From positions 23,125,041-23,164,305 of the forward strand of contig NC_068998.1 in the NCBI RefSeq assembly GCF_001194135.2: 39,265 nt of DNA, in the 5' to 3' direction. Below are positions 1-9,480 of this stretch, one piece after another. The translations under genes were made by a program, and so were the position numbers. This stretch comes from Octopus bimaculoides. Lineage: Eukaryota. The notes below the pieces were generated by a model. That model did no database searches, was not told where the DNA came from, and was given only the letters and a program-made list of their open reading frames with translations. Position 1 is the first letter of the stretch. Each line of letters opens with the position of its first letter.

Positions 1-31
<31 letters not shown>

Positions 32-100
32 TTGTATATATATATATATATATATACATATGAATGCATGTGTGTGTGCATGTATATACATGATAATTGT
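1..100. repeat. (TG)n/(TA)n compound microsatellite
   Basis: Directly visible. Confidence 0.95.
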
Positions 101-149
101 CTACTCCTTATGTAGTGTGTGAGCACCTCTTGTACTTACACGTTAGATC

Positions 150-560
150 TGTCATGGTGTCTCATGTGGCTTTTTAAACCAGACAAAGTTTTGGAACGAC
201 ACCCACATAAGTTGCATATCTGCTTTGGAGCACCAAGAACTGCAGTTAGGTTCTGATCTCCGGCTTAAAATGCTTTTGGAAGCCTCCGTTAGATTTTCAG
301 ACTTTGTGGCATACACAGCATTGACAGCTATGCACAAATAGACAGGCAAAGTTGTTAGTTGGGGTTCGCGTTTCATGAGTCGGCAAATGAGATTTGAACC
401 AAGCAAAAAGAAAGCGTGGTGTGCCGCACATTGTATACACAAAACAATTGTTGAGATTCCTTTTCTCGTTGATCGTAGCATTTTCTTTTACAGTTACGCA
501 TGGGTCGTACTTTTCCTTCAAAAGCTTTCACTCCACTCCACACTTAGGCACCGTTATGAT
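150..560 (-). mobile_element. Decayed RTE-clade LINE C-terminus with Cys/His knuckles
   Basis: Minus-strand translation across frameshifts and stops gives GVKAFEGK..., YTMCGT...KSH, CCVCHKV*KSNGGFQKHF and QICNLCGCRSKTLSGLKSHMRHH, the C2H2-like tail pattern I associate with RTE ORF ends. Confidence 0.65.
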
Positions 561-602
561 ATTGAATATCATATGAATTTGTATTGATATACATATATAT
601 AC

Positions 603-787
603 TTTTATTTATTTCAGTCATTTAACTACGGCCATGCTGGAGCACCGCCTTTAGTCGAGTCAATCGATCCCAGGACTTATTCCATGTAAGCCTAGAACTT
701 ATTCTATCGGTATATTTTGCCGAACAGCTAAGTTACGGGGATGTAAACACAGCAGCATCGGTTGTCAAACGATGTTTGGGGTACAAA
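603..787 (-). mobile_element. SINE family 1, 3' half
   Basis: Reverse complement of 14205-14390 (ccatgctggagcaccgcctttagtcg...gctaagttacgggga...gttgtcaaacgatg). Confidence 0.9.
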
Positions 788-789
788 CA

Positions 790-836
790 TCTTCTTCTTC
801 TCCTCCTCCTTCTTCTTCTACTGATCATCATCATAA

Positions 837-887
<51 letters not shown>
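790..887. repeat. Compound trinucleotide tract (TTC/TCC)n-(ATC)n-(ATT)n
   Basis: Directly visible between the SINE and the RT fragment. Confidence 0.95.
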
Positions 888-1880
888 GAAAATGGTAACC
901 CATTTTAACTTTTGTAAGTGTCATTGTTATGGGCATTTGTGCATTTACAAATAGGAACGGAAAACTCGAGTCACCTTGGAAGATTCCCCGTTCAATATAG
1001 ACTTCTCCAAGTACAATTTGGTTTTTCGATGCTTTTATGCTATGGATCAGAAAATGTGTGATGTTTTCAGTAACACAAAACATCGGCAGGCATTCAACGA
1101 TACAAAAATGATATATTATATTACTTGCCTTATTAAATTCAATCCAAGCACTATACATATTTGCATGATGTTTTTTGCGATGCTTCGAAACTGTTTTATC
1201 GATGACCAGGTGTCTCTTGGTACCATAAGAACTTTTCCTACATCCTTTTTGTTCCCTTGCTAGTTGTTCGTCCTGTGCCAAGAAAGTATCTTTGACGCAT
1301 AGTATTACCTTTTTCGATGGTTTTCAAGCACAGCACTGTCCTACCCATTTTAAACCACTCTGGTGTTACCTGGTCGGCATTTAACAAGATGTTGAATTGG
1401 GCAGCTATTTGTGCATGATGCAGTAGCCCTGAACTCCCTCTCGTTTTGGAGCCTTGCTGTTGCCCATTTTTGTTTTTGTTTTTTTGCTGATTTCCTTCAC
1501 TTCCCGAACTGAAATGACTAGTTCTGCCTCTTTTGGACACACTACTGTTTATTTCAGTTCTTGCAACCATTCAGCGTCCTTCTGGTGCACCTGAGAGATG
1601 TCACTCCAACACCATTGAGCTTTAATGTTATCTGGTATCAACTTTTTATCTATACACGCTCCGGTTATTTATATGTAGAATCTCTTCTTATCTTCTCTGA
1701 ATAACCAATTTTGCTGCTGACTCTTCATTCTTTGGTCGTATCTTACCATCTTTGCTTTTTTTTGCAACGAGGCGCTGTTTCAGTTCCTCCATTACTACTT
1801 TCAGACGCTTTCTTTCAATATTATACTGCCTGTTCAGTCCCCTATATTTTTGTTCGCTTTTAAGCTCCCCTTTTTCTTTG
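888..1880 (-). mobile_element. R4/Dong-like retrotransposon fragment A (pre-RT region and RT N-half), frameshifted
   Basis: KVVMEELKQRLVAKKAKMVRYDQR, QVTPEWFKMGRTVLCLKTIEKGN, SYGTKRHLVIDKTV...SAWIEFNKA, and VYIERGIFQGDSSFPFLF (RT motif GIFQGDSLSPLLF). Confidence 0.9.
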
Positions 1881-1896
1881 TTTATTATCGTTATAC

Positions 1897-1927
<31 letters not shown>

Positions 1928-1950
1928 TATTATTATTATTATTATTATTA
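1897..1950. repeat. (TAA)10(TTA)8 back-to-back microsatellite (48-bp perfect palindrome)
   Basis: (TAA) 1897-1926 directly followed by (TTA) 1927-1950. Confidence 0.95.
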
Positions 1951-2550
1951 TACTTACTTTTAATCTGCACTTTTGTTACAGTCACTTGACGAGACTCACC
2001 CAGCGTACGGGGTGAGTGAAGGATTAGAGATGTTACAATATGAATGAAAGCTTGGGGAGGGTAGGTAGTGAAATATTTTCATGTAATACAACACAGACAA
2101 GCGTGTTTGAAAGGTTGTGGGCAGTACTTGTCAGCAAATTCTTTTGGATTTCTCTGAGACATGGCTATCCAGGGATCTTATCTAGATGTTTCTTTTTTAT
2201 CATACTTAAGGCACCTGCAATAACAGGAACAGTTTTCGTTTTAAGATGCTACATCATTTGTACTTCAATTGCCTGGTACTTGTATTTACTTAGTTTGTCA
2301 AATTCCTTGACAAATATATTTTTATCAGTGAGAAAACGTAGGTCGATTAGTGTACAAGTATTTTCTTCCCTGTCTTTAATAATTATGCCTAGTCGGTTAA
2401 CCTCGATGGTCCTGTTAGTGTTAATAGGAAAATCCCAGAGGATAGTGACATTTTTACCTTCAAAGACTGGATGAAGATGTTGATCGTACCAGTAAGTAGG
2501 AGTAAGGATGTTGTAGCGTTTACATATTTTGCAATGTACGCTGACGAATG
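1951..2550 (-). mobile_element. R4/Dong-like fragment B: REL endonuclease, 3'UTR, ending at (TAA)n
   Basis: KICKRYNILTPTYWYDQ...LEGKNVTILWDFPINTNRTIEVNRLGIIIKDREENTCTLIDL...EFDKLSKY...TVPVIAGALSMIKK...LREIQKNLLTSTAH, then a short UTR running into TAA repeats on the sense strand. Confidence 0.9.
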
Positions 2551-2790
2551 GTAAATACCCAGAGACTCGGGTCCGTGCGTATCATGTCAGATCGACGATG
2601 GGAAGGATGACTTCCATTTGCAAATACAGACAGGGTACAGAAAGTGTGTCAATAGCCAGCTGGAAATGTTCTCCTGGGGCTAAAAGCAACAGTAGCATTC
2701 ACCCTTAGGTTCTAGCCGCATTTAAGTGGCAAATACACTTCACGTTGTCGTGCAGTTACTGTTTATGCCTCGTTCAGAGATTTAAAATTA
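2551..2790. other. Unassigned GC-richer structured segment, possibly the 5' end of element B or a separate repeat
   Basis: No convincing ORF. Several short stems lie in 2676-2771. Bounded by (TA)n on the right and the REL fragment on the left. Confidence 0.35.
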
Positions 2791-2803
2791 TATATATATA
2801 TGT

Positions 2804-2995
2804 NNNNNNNNNNNNNNNNNNNNNNNNNNNNNNNNNNNNNNNNNNNNNNNNNNNNNNNNNNNNNNNNNNNNNNNNNNNNNNNNNNNNNNNNNNNNNNNNN
2901 NNNNNNNNNNNNNNNNNNNNNNNNNNNNNNNNNNNNNNNNNNNNNNNNNNNNNNNNNNNNNNNNNNNNNNNNNNNNNNNNNNNNNNNNNNNNNNN
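2804..2995. other. Assembly gap; other gaps at 6959-6968, 7631-7826, 12167-12299, 24873-25316, 37132-37359
   Basis: N runs, mostly flanked by microsatellites. Confidence 1.

Positions 2996-3044
<49 letters not shown>
2996..3044. repeat. (TAG)n microsatellite
   Basis: Directly visible. Confidence 0.95.
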
Positions 3045-3045
<1 letters not shown>

Positions 3046-3469
3046 TTTTATTACATCATTTCATGATAATGAATTATTTTAATTATTAATAATTGAGCAA
3101 GAATAATTAAATTGGGAATTTAAAATTTAATTAAAATCCCCGCCCACAAAAAAAAAAATACAAATCATATTCCAGCAAATGACCTGATAATATTCTACCA
3201 TCTAATATTGTGATTAAGCACATAAATCTACTCCTGAAAATGAAGAATACGCAAATTAACGATTACCAAATTCGAATTTTAATATATTAACTTGGATATC
3301 CTATATATTACAATTCACTTTACAAATAATGCACAATTTCATTCTTCTGATGTTAAATATGATATTATTCATGGTATGGCTGTTAATGTAATTGTGTAAC
3401 CTCATACTAGTTTGATTACGAGAAGCTCATAACAAGGTTATTTAACAGTTCTAATCCATATATATTTAG

Positions 3470-4926
3470 AAGACCGTGCAATTTTCTAAGTGGTCCGTCT
3501 TCTCGATTATTCCTAGACTTTCAAGTGTTTCAAGTTCCTTATTTACCTGTTCTAGTACCGTGAATATCTAACTACATTTTTACTCTTATATTTTCAATTT
3601 TCCCATTTACGAATTTTCTCTTTGTTACATTACCACTTTCTTTAAGCGACATCATGTTTTCTTTGTTGGAACGTTTTTCCACTGGGTTTTACAGTGCACA
3701 TTTACGCATCCAGATTTCCACAACGGAAACATTCCTCTTCCTTCAAAGGGCAGTTTGTTTTTTCTCCGGTGTAGAAATCCACATGCAAAACATAGGTTTG
3801 TTTCCTGACTTTTGCCGTGTTTGTATTTTATTTTAGTACACAATTGATTGCTGTTCTGCATATTTTGCACTTATTTCACTTAAGAGAAATCTTTGTGTCG
3901 TGTCTTAAATTTGCTATTCTTTCACAATCTTCTGACATTTGTCGTAAGGTTACTGCTTGGTTTTGCTCCAGCTTAGCGACGGTTTTTGTTCTTACTTCTG
4001 CGTCATTTTATGCAGTTAGTCTCTGAGTAAATATCCCGTACTTGAACATAGCTGGCGTTACTTCGCTCAGTCTGAACTTTTCACATACTCTTTTACCTCT
4101 GCCAGCATATTTGATGTTGTCCTACTCATTGTTCTTTTCTAGGTTCAAACATTTCTAGCGTGTACTGAACAATGCTCTTTTCTCGCTAAAATATTTACAC
4201 TATATGTCTATTGCATCTTAAAAATTTATGTCAGAACGTTTTTTTTTTATCGAGAGTACGTAATTGCAACAACGCTCATGTTCTGCTGCCAATTTTCTTA
4301 GGATTACACGTGTTCTCATATTGTTGTCCCAATCTTTGCAATCTTTACTGAAGATCTGTTTGTATATTCTATAGTACGCCTAGAAGCTAACAACTTCGTC
4401 GTGTTCATACATAAATTCTGTTATTGGGTTTACAACATAAGGTGGTGAAAACATCTATTCAGCATTTTTGGATGACTTACTATTCATTAACTGCAGCATT
4501 TTTTGTTGTAGTAGTAACTGTTGTTGCTGTTCTTCTTGCAGTAGGATTTGTTCTTGTTGTTGTCGTTGTTGCTGTTCCTGCAGCGGCTACTGCTGCTGTT
4601 CTTGTTCCTGCAGTTGTTGTTGGTGTTTTTTTTTTACTTCAGCAAACCTGTCGACAAATCTTCCATAGTTTAAGCTTGTGTATACCGTAAAATTCGTACA
4701 GAATCCATTTTTAGTTCTGTAACTGCTCGCGAGTTTGTTTAATCCTGTTGAGTTTGATCTTTCCTCGTGAGTTTGTCAATCCCTCGTCACCACAGTTGCA
4801 ATCAAACGCCGTACTGTTGTAAAGTCCACTTCGGTATAGCACAAGATTTAGACAAATAAGATAAGACTATCTATGATCGACTACTTCGACTTCTCGTACC
4901 TCTCAGTATTTGTAACGACTAGCACA
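3470..4926 (-). mobile_element. Decayed Ty3/Gypsy LTR retrotransposon: LTR stub, PBS, gag, protease start, RT start
   Basis: ATG at 4666 (MEDL + Q-rich tract); YKQIFSKDCKDWDNNMRTRVILRKL; KCLNLEK; VCEKFRLSEVTPAMFKYGIFTQRLTA; knuckles CFACGFLHRRK and CFRCGKSG; RKFVNGKIENIRVKM*LD; LEQVNKELETLESLGIIEKTDH. Many stops and frameshifts. Confidence 0.88.
4782..4792 (-). promoter_or_regulatory. Primer-binding site TGGTGACGAGG, probably tRNA-Ser(GCU)
   Basis: Lies between the putative LTR end (...ttgcaac) and gag. One mismatch to the complement of the metazoan tRNA-Ser(GCU) 3' end (...CCUCGUCGCCA), recalled rather than searched. Confidence 0.65.
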
Positions 4927-6547
4927 TATCATGCATCACCTTGCAGGGCTGTTCCATGATTATCGTTATTATTATTCTCCCAATAACACACACACATAAG
5001 TACATACGGACACTTACGTTGAGCAAGTCAACGTAACACGGTTGTAGTTTTTTTCAGTCTTTCCCTATTTTTAATCTTCCTCCAATATTTCCTTATACTC
5101 GATCTGTCCTGAAATTTTTCTTGTATCCGGTGACTTTTTATGCCCTAAATTCTCCTTCGTTGAACAACAATCTAATAGTATTAACTGCGAGCTTACCTTG
5201 AACTCTACTTGTGTGTGTCTATTTGCTTTGCAATACATACATTTATAGATTTACATTGGTTTCAACAACAAATTCTCTTAGGATCATTTCGTAGTCAAGT
5301 GCCTGTATGGTATTCAAGAGGATTAGCAAGATGTATACACGTAGTCTGATTCCCCAGGGTAGGCGTTTAACTGAATATAATGTATATATAGAATTAATAA
5401 TCCACACTGCTTGCACACAAAATGTTAATGAATCACTCGATTTTAAAACTGACAACTAATTTATGTGACAGTTATCGAGTTATTTTAGAGAGGTTTCAGT
5501 TTGTGACCAACTGACTGAAATAGAAATATGATAAAATACTGAATGAACTGATATGTCCATACAATGTCCATACAATGGTTAATCCTGTCCCATTAGAGCT
5601 GTAGTTACGGACAGAAAATGATGTTGAATTTTCATTTGTCTCCATCTTACAGTGGAAATCTATGATTCGGGAAGCTATTACAATTCAAACTATCAGACTT
5701 TTCCTAGAAAAGCTATGTGCTTATCAAATATTTATAATGCACGTATGGGTATGTTAATAGCTGAACGCTATATCAAATTGCAATGACTGAACGGAACCGA
5801 CAATATCAAGTAGAAGATATCGATTTATGACATTTGTCTGTATCTTCAGACTGTTATTTTAGCATTACTGGGTTCTATCTGATGAATTTATCAGCAATAC
5901 AAAGTATTTGACTTGCACAATACACTTAACAGGATTTAAATGTGTATGTATATGCGTGTGTATAGGTGTGTGCTTTTGTGAGTGTCGTGTCGTGTTTGAG
6001 TAAGCATATATATGTATGCATGCATATATACATACATTGCACATACAAATCTCACTCATCAAATATAGGCAAAGCATTTTCACTCTTTTCATATCGGCAG
6101 CAAATTCTGATCACATATCATTTGATATCTTTTAATTATAATCCTGGCGTTGAAGATTTCAACAGAAATAATCAGTAAGATTATTTTCATTTTTATTACA
6201 TGAAAAATCGACACTGTTTTCATTGTGCAGAATCATGTGAAATATTTACTTCGGTCTTACGAACATGAAACCAGACTCATAGCCAGTTACGTGTTGATAG
6301 CCTATGTGAATAAAACTCCACATTATTTAATGTAACGTGGTATGCTAAGGTCTGCAATTTGAACGTTTTGTTTAATTAGGTCACGTTTTAAAGTCATATC
6401 ATGAGATATTGGATAGAAATTAGTGTCATCATAGATTTCTAACGACATTTCGTATACGAATACAGCTATGTTATGAATGTGATCAAAGACAGAAAAATGG
6501 GTAATTAGCATATATGTATATTTGAGGAGTTCTTACGTCATCTTCAG

Positions 6548-6664
6548 TACCACATTCAACCCATCTATTCATTCATTTATGAAATCAGCAGATATTCTAT
6601 AGGTATTAGAGCAAGTACTGACTTGTTACAACGTTTCCTAAACGAATACACCTTTGTAAACAAC
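6548..6664 (+). CDS. Candidate internal exon (117 nt, phase 0-0), unknown product
   Basis: ttcttacgtcatcttcag acceptor, AAC|gtaagt donor, open frame YHIQPIYSFIYEISRYSIGIRASTDLLQRFLNEYTFVNN. No recognised homology. Confidence 0.2.
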
Positions 6665-6759
6665 GTAAGTAACCAGACGTTACTTATAGCTTAAATGGGC
6701 TGAGGTGAAATATGAGTGCAATAAACAAAATTAATAGAACAATTTGTAAGCTACTGAAT

Positions 6760-7570
6760 TGTAATGAGATGCAGCAGACAAAGTCAGACATGCGTCCTCT
6801 TTGTCTGCCCAGAACAGGAGATCGAGGCTTGATTCCATTTGAAATTCCTTACAACCAAAAGTGGACTAGCAAATTGTCGTGAAAAAAACCTAACAACTGG
6901 ATGTAAAAGCATGTTGAATATCAAAAGACACGCAAGAAGCTTCAGTTACCCTTGGTTTNNNNNNNNNNAAAAAAAAAACAACCCCATCAGTGGTTATGCT
7001 GTTCAAAGCAGAGTGGGAAGGCTTCATATTACCTACTCAATGTCAAAGCTTATTTACCTGGAAGTATCAGGTCAATGTGATAACAAAATGGAGTAGATAC
7101 TTTGCAATGATGAGATTGAAAAAGGGGACTACTTAATCTCTAGATGTAAGTGTTTGGCACCAGTAGATTGTGAACGAAGACAAGAAAATATTGGCTAATA
7201 CCTACACTGGTTAATATGCTGACATTATAAATTCAAAGCGGTCCACCAAGTAAATTTATGCAGGAAGATGGAAGATTAATGATACTCTGAGACTATGATT
7301 GTCAGAGGTATCATGTGATCGAACACCGTCGACCGCATATTGTCATATTATATAAGAGAGACAAATACAGTCAAATCATACCAAATGACAATTATTGTTG
7401 TGAGGAAAGAGGTTGAAAAAATGTCTTCTAATAACTCATCATATTTGATATAGGATAGTGTATCTCTGAAACACATGGATGACCTAGTGAATTGCAAAGG
7501 TACAAATGTACAAATATCCAAAATGTGCAGTTTGGAAACGGAAACAATCCGTAAAATAATACATCGATTA
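6760..7570 (+). mobile_element. R4/Dong-like fragment C (zinc knuckle and REL), heavily decayed
   Basis: CKCLAPVDCERRQENIG*YLHWLIC; gatcgaacaccgtcgaccgcatattgtcata (IEHRRPHIVI, consensus RRPDIV); terminal SKMCSLETETIRKII resembles KSALLGTARILRKVL. Confidence 0.7.
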
Positions 7571-8107
7571 GATAGGATCAAAAGGCTGTCAAAAATATGC
7601 AAAAGCAAACACTTAGGACATACTATTATANNNNNNNNNNNNNNNNNNNNNNNNNNNNNNNNNNNNNNNNNNNNNNNNNNNNNNNNNNNNNNNNNNNNNN
7701 NNNNNNNNNNNNNNNNNNNNNNNNNNNNNNNNNNNNNNNNNNNNNNNNNNNNNNNNNNNNNNNNNNNNNNNNNNNNNNNNNNNNNNNNNNNNNNNNNNNN
7801 NNNNNNNNNNNNNNNNNNNNNNNNNNTATATATATATATATATTTATATATATATAACTTGCAGAAAAGTAGCAATGCTAGGCGCCAAACATATTGTCAG
7901 TAGAACACTCACAATACAGTAATACACAAATACATCAAAACTAACCTCAGGGCATAATCATTTCACATGGTGTTGATATGAGTAACGTAATGAAAGTACG
8001 ACATAAGAATAAAACTAGGAATGATTATTAGATAGGAATAATTATAAAAAAATTAAAATATTTATATGTTGGAAGAAGATTAGTAATTTTAGGCGCAAAA
8101 ATATAGA

Positions 8108-8175
8108 TGATTACAGCGACTCCAGTACCTGTCTGTCTTTTACTGTTCGTGCCTGAAAAGATGAAAAGCAAATAC
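8108..8175 (-). mobile_element. SINE family 2 core remnant
   Basis: gattacagcgactccagtac...gaaaagatgaaaagcaaa, a degenerate match to the core of 9266-9480. Confidence 0.5.
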
Positions 8176-8550
8176 AGAAATGCAAAGGTCGTGTATCCTG
8201 TGTGAATGTTGCAATATTACTTTGAGAATTATCTAATATAATAGCGTAGAAAGCAACGCATTTATCGGAAACTGACAAACTTTTGAAAGATAATCATGTA
8301 GCACATTGTAAATATATTAACATTTACCATATGTAAATCTAGTGATGTTCCCAATATCCAGATTTTTAGCTCCTCTTTCATATATGACAACTGATGCAAG
8401 TTTTGACAAATAACATAGCAAACCGACTCCAAACAAAAGCCTAAATGAAAATTGACATAATTTAAATAAAATGTATCATTCCAACAAGGGTATTTCTCAG
8501 AGAATGCTGACTGAATTTATAACCAAACATTTTGAGAAATCGCGCATGTA

Positions 8551-8769
8551 TGTGCTATCAACAACAGCAAAAACTAATAAACCCTATGTTATGTCTCAAG
8601 CTACTGCTATCTAGCACCTTCGGTTGATCTCTACTCAACCGTTACACAACTGCTACTCGACTGCTACTCAACTCTACCCGACTTCTCATCAACACTCTTA
8701 CCACGGCCAGACTACCTCTATTTATATGTCTTGGGAGATCCTACTCCTTCGTCTGGGGGCGTCGACACA
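8551..8769 (-). mobile_element. Possible solo-LTR remnant
   Basis: TGTG...CACA termini, TATAAATAG on the minus strand, and ctactcgact-type short repeats like those in the LTR stub at 4794-4926. No TSD found. Confidence 0.3.
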
Positions 8770-9265
8770 GCACCCTAACTTGTCGAAAATTACGGCATGT
8801 TTATTAAACATCGAGCCTTACGCCGCATTTTTAGAAGTATAATTGAAAACAGCATGCATTTACACGGACGCAATATTTCTAGCCGACCATCGTATATTTC
8901 AAAAGTGATCTGCTCAAAAGCAAATACAACAATATTTTGACATACTGGTTGGACGAAATCTATCCCTGATCAAGATGTGCGATTTAAAGACAACAGACAA
9001 AATGCATTGTAAAAATTAAATTATCAAACATTGAAGTTCAGAGAAGAAATAAAATAAAGGATAAAATACGAAGTCACAAGGATTGGCCACAAAACGCTTA
9101 ACAACAATTGGAATATGAATGTAATCTGATGCTTTGTCGCTGAATATAATTAAAGATTTAAGAATAATATTTCTACCCTTCGAACATGAAATCATTGTCT
9201 TGAAATAAAACTCAATAAAAATTAGTAGCAATTTATAAATTTAAACTTGATTGTCCCAAATATTA

Positions 9266-9480
9266 TTTTCTACTCTTGGTACAAGGCCCGACATTTTTAC
9301 GAAGGAGGCCAGTCGATTATTAGATCGACTCCAGTACCCACCTGGTACTTAATTTCTGGATCCCGAAAGGATGAAAGGCAAAGTCGACCTCCACAGAATT
9401 TGAACTCGGAACGTAAAAATAGATGAATTACAACTAAGCATTTAGCCCGGCCTGCTAACGTCTCTGCCAAATAGCTGCCG
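9266..9480 (-). mobile_element. SINE family 2, full-length, with 18-bp TSD
   Basis: Minus strand has A-box-like TGGCAGAGACG, B-box-like GAGTTCAAATTC and core gtcgactttgcctttcatcctttcggg. Flanked by identical tgattgtcccaaatatta at 9248-9265 and 9481-9498. Confidence 0.92.

Noticed and set aside
2676-2736. CPEB3/HDV-like look (GGGGC...TTCAC...AGCC G...GGCAAA)
   Set aside because: P3 cannot form with a 7-8 nt L3 and P2 is only 3 bp. Kept only as a generic structure lead.
4424-4690. Hydrophobic and Cys-rich + strand ORFs resembling a membrane protein or metallothionein
   Set aside because: Antisense readings of the Q-rich Gypsy gag start.
9400-9480. tRNA gene suggested by A and B boxes
   Set aside because: SINE head: multicopy in the window, TSD-flanked, no cloverleaf.
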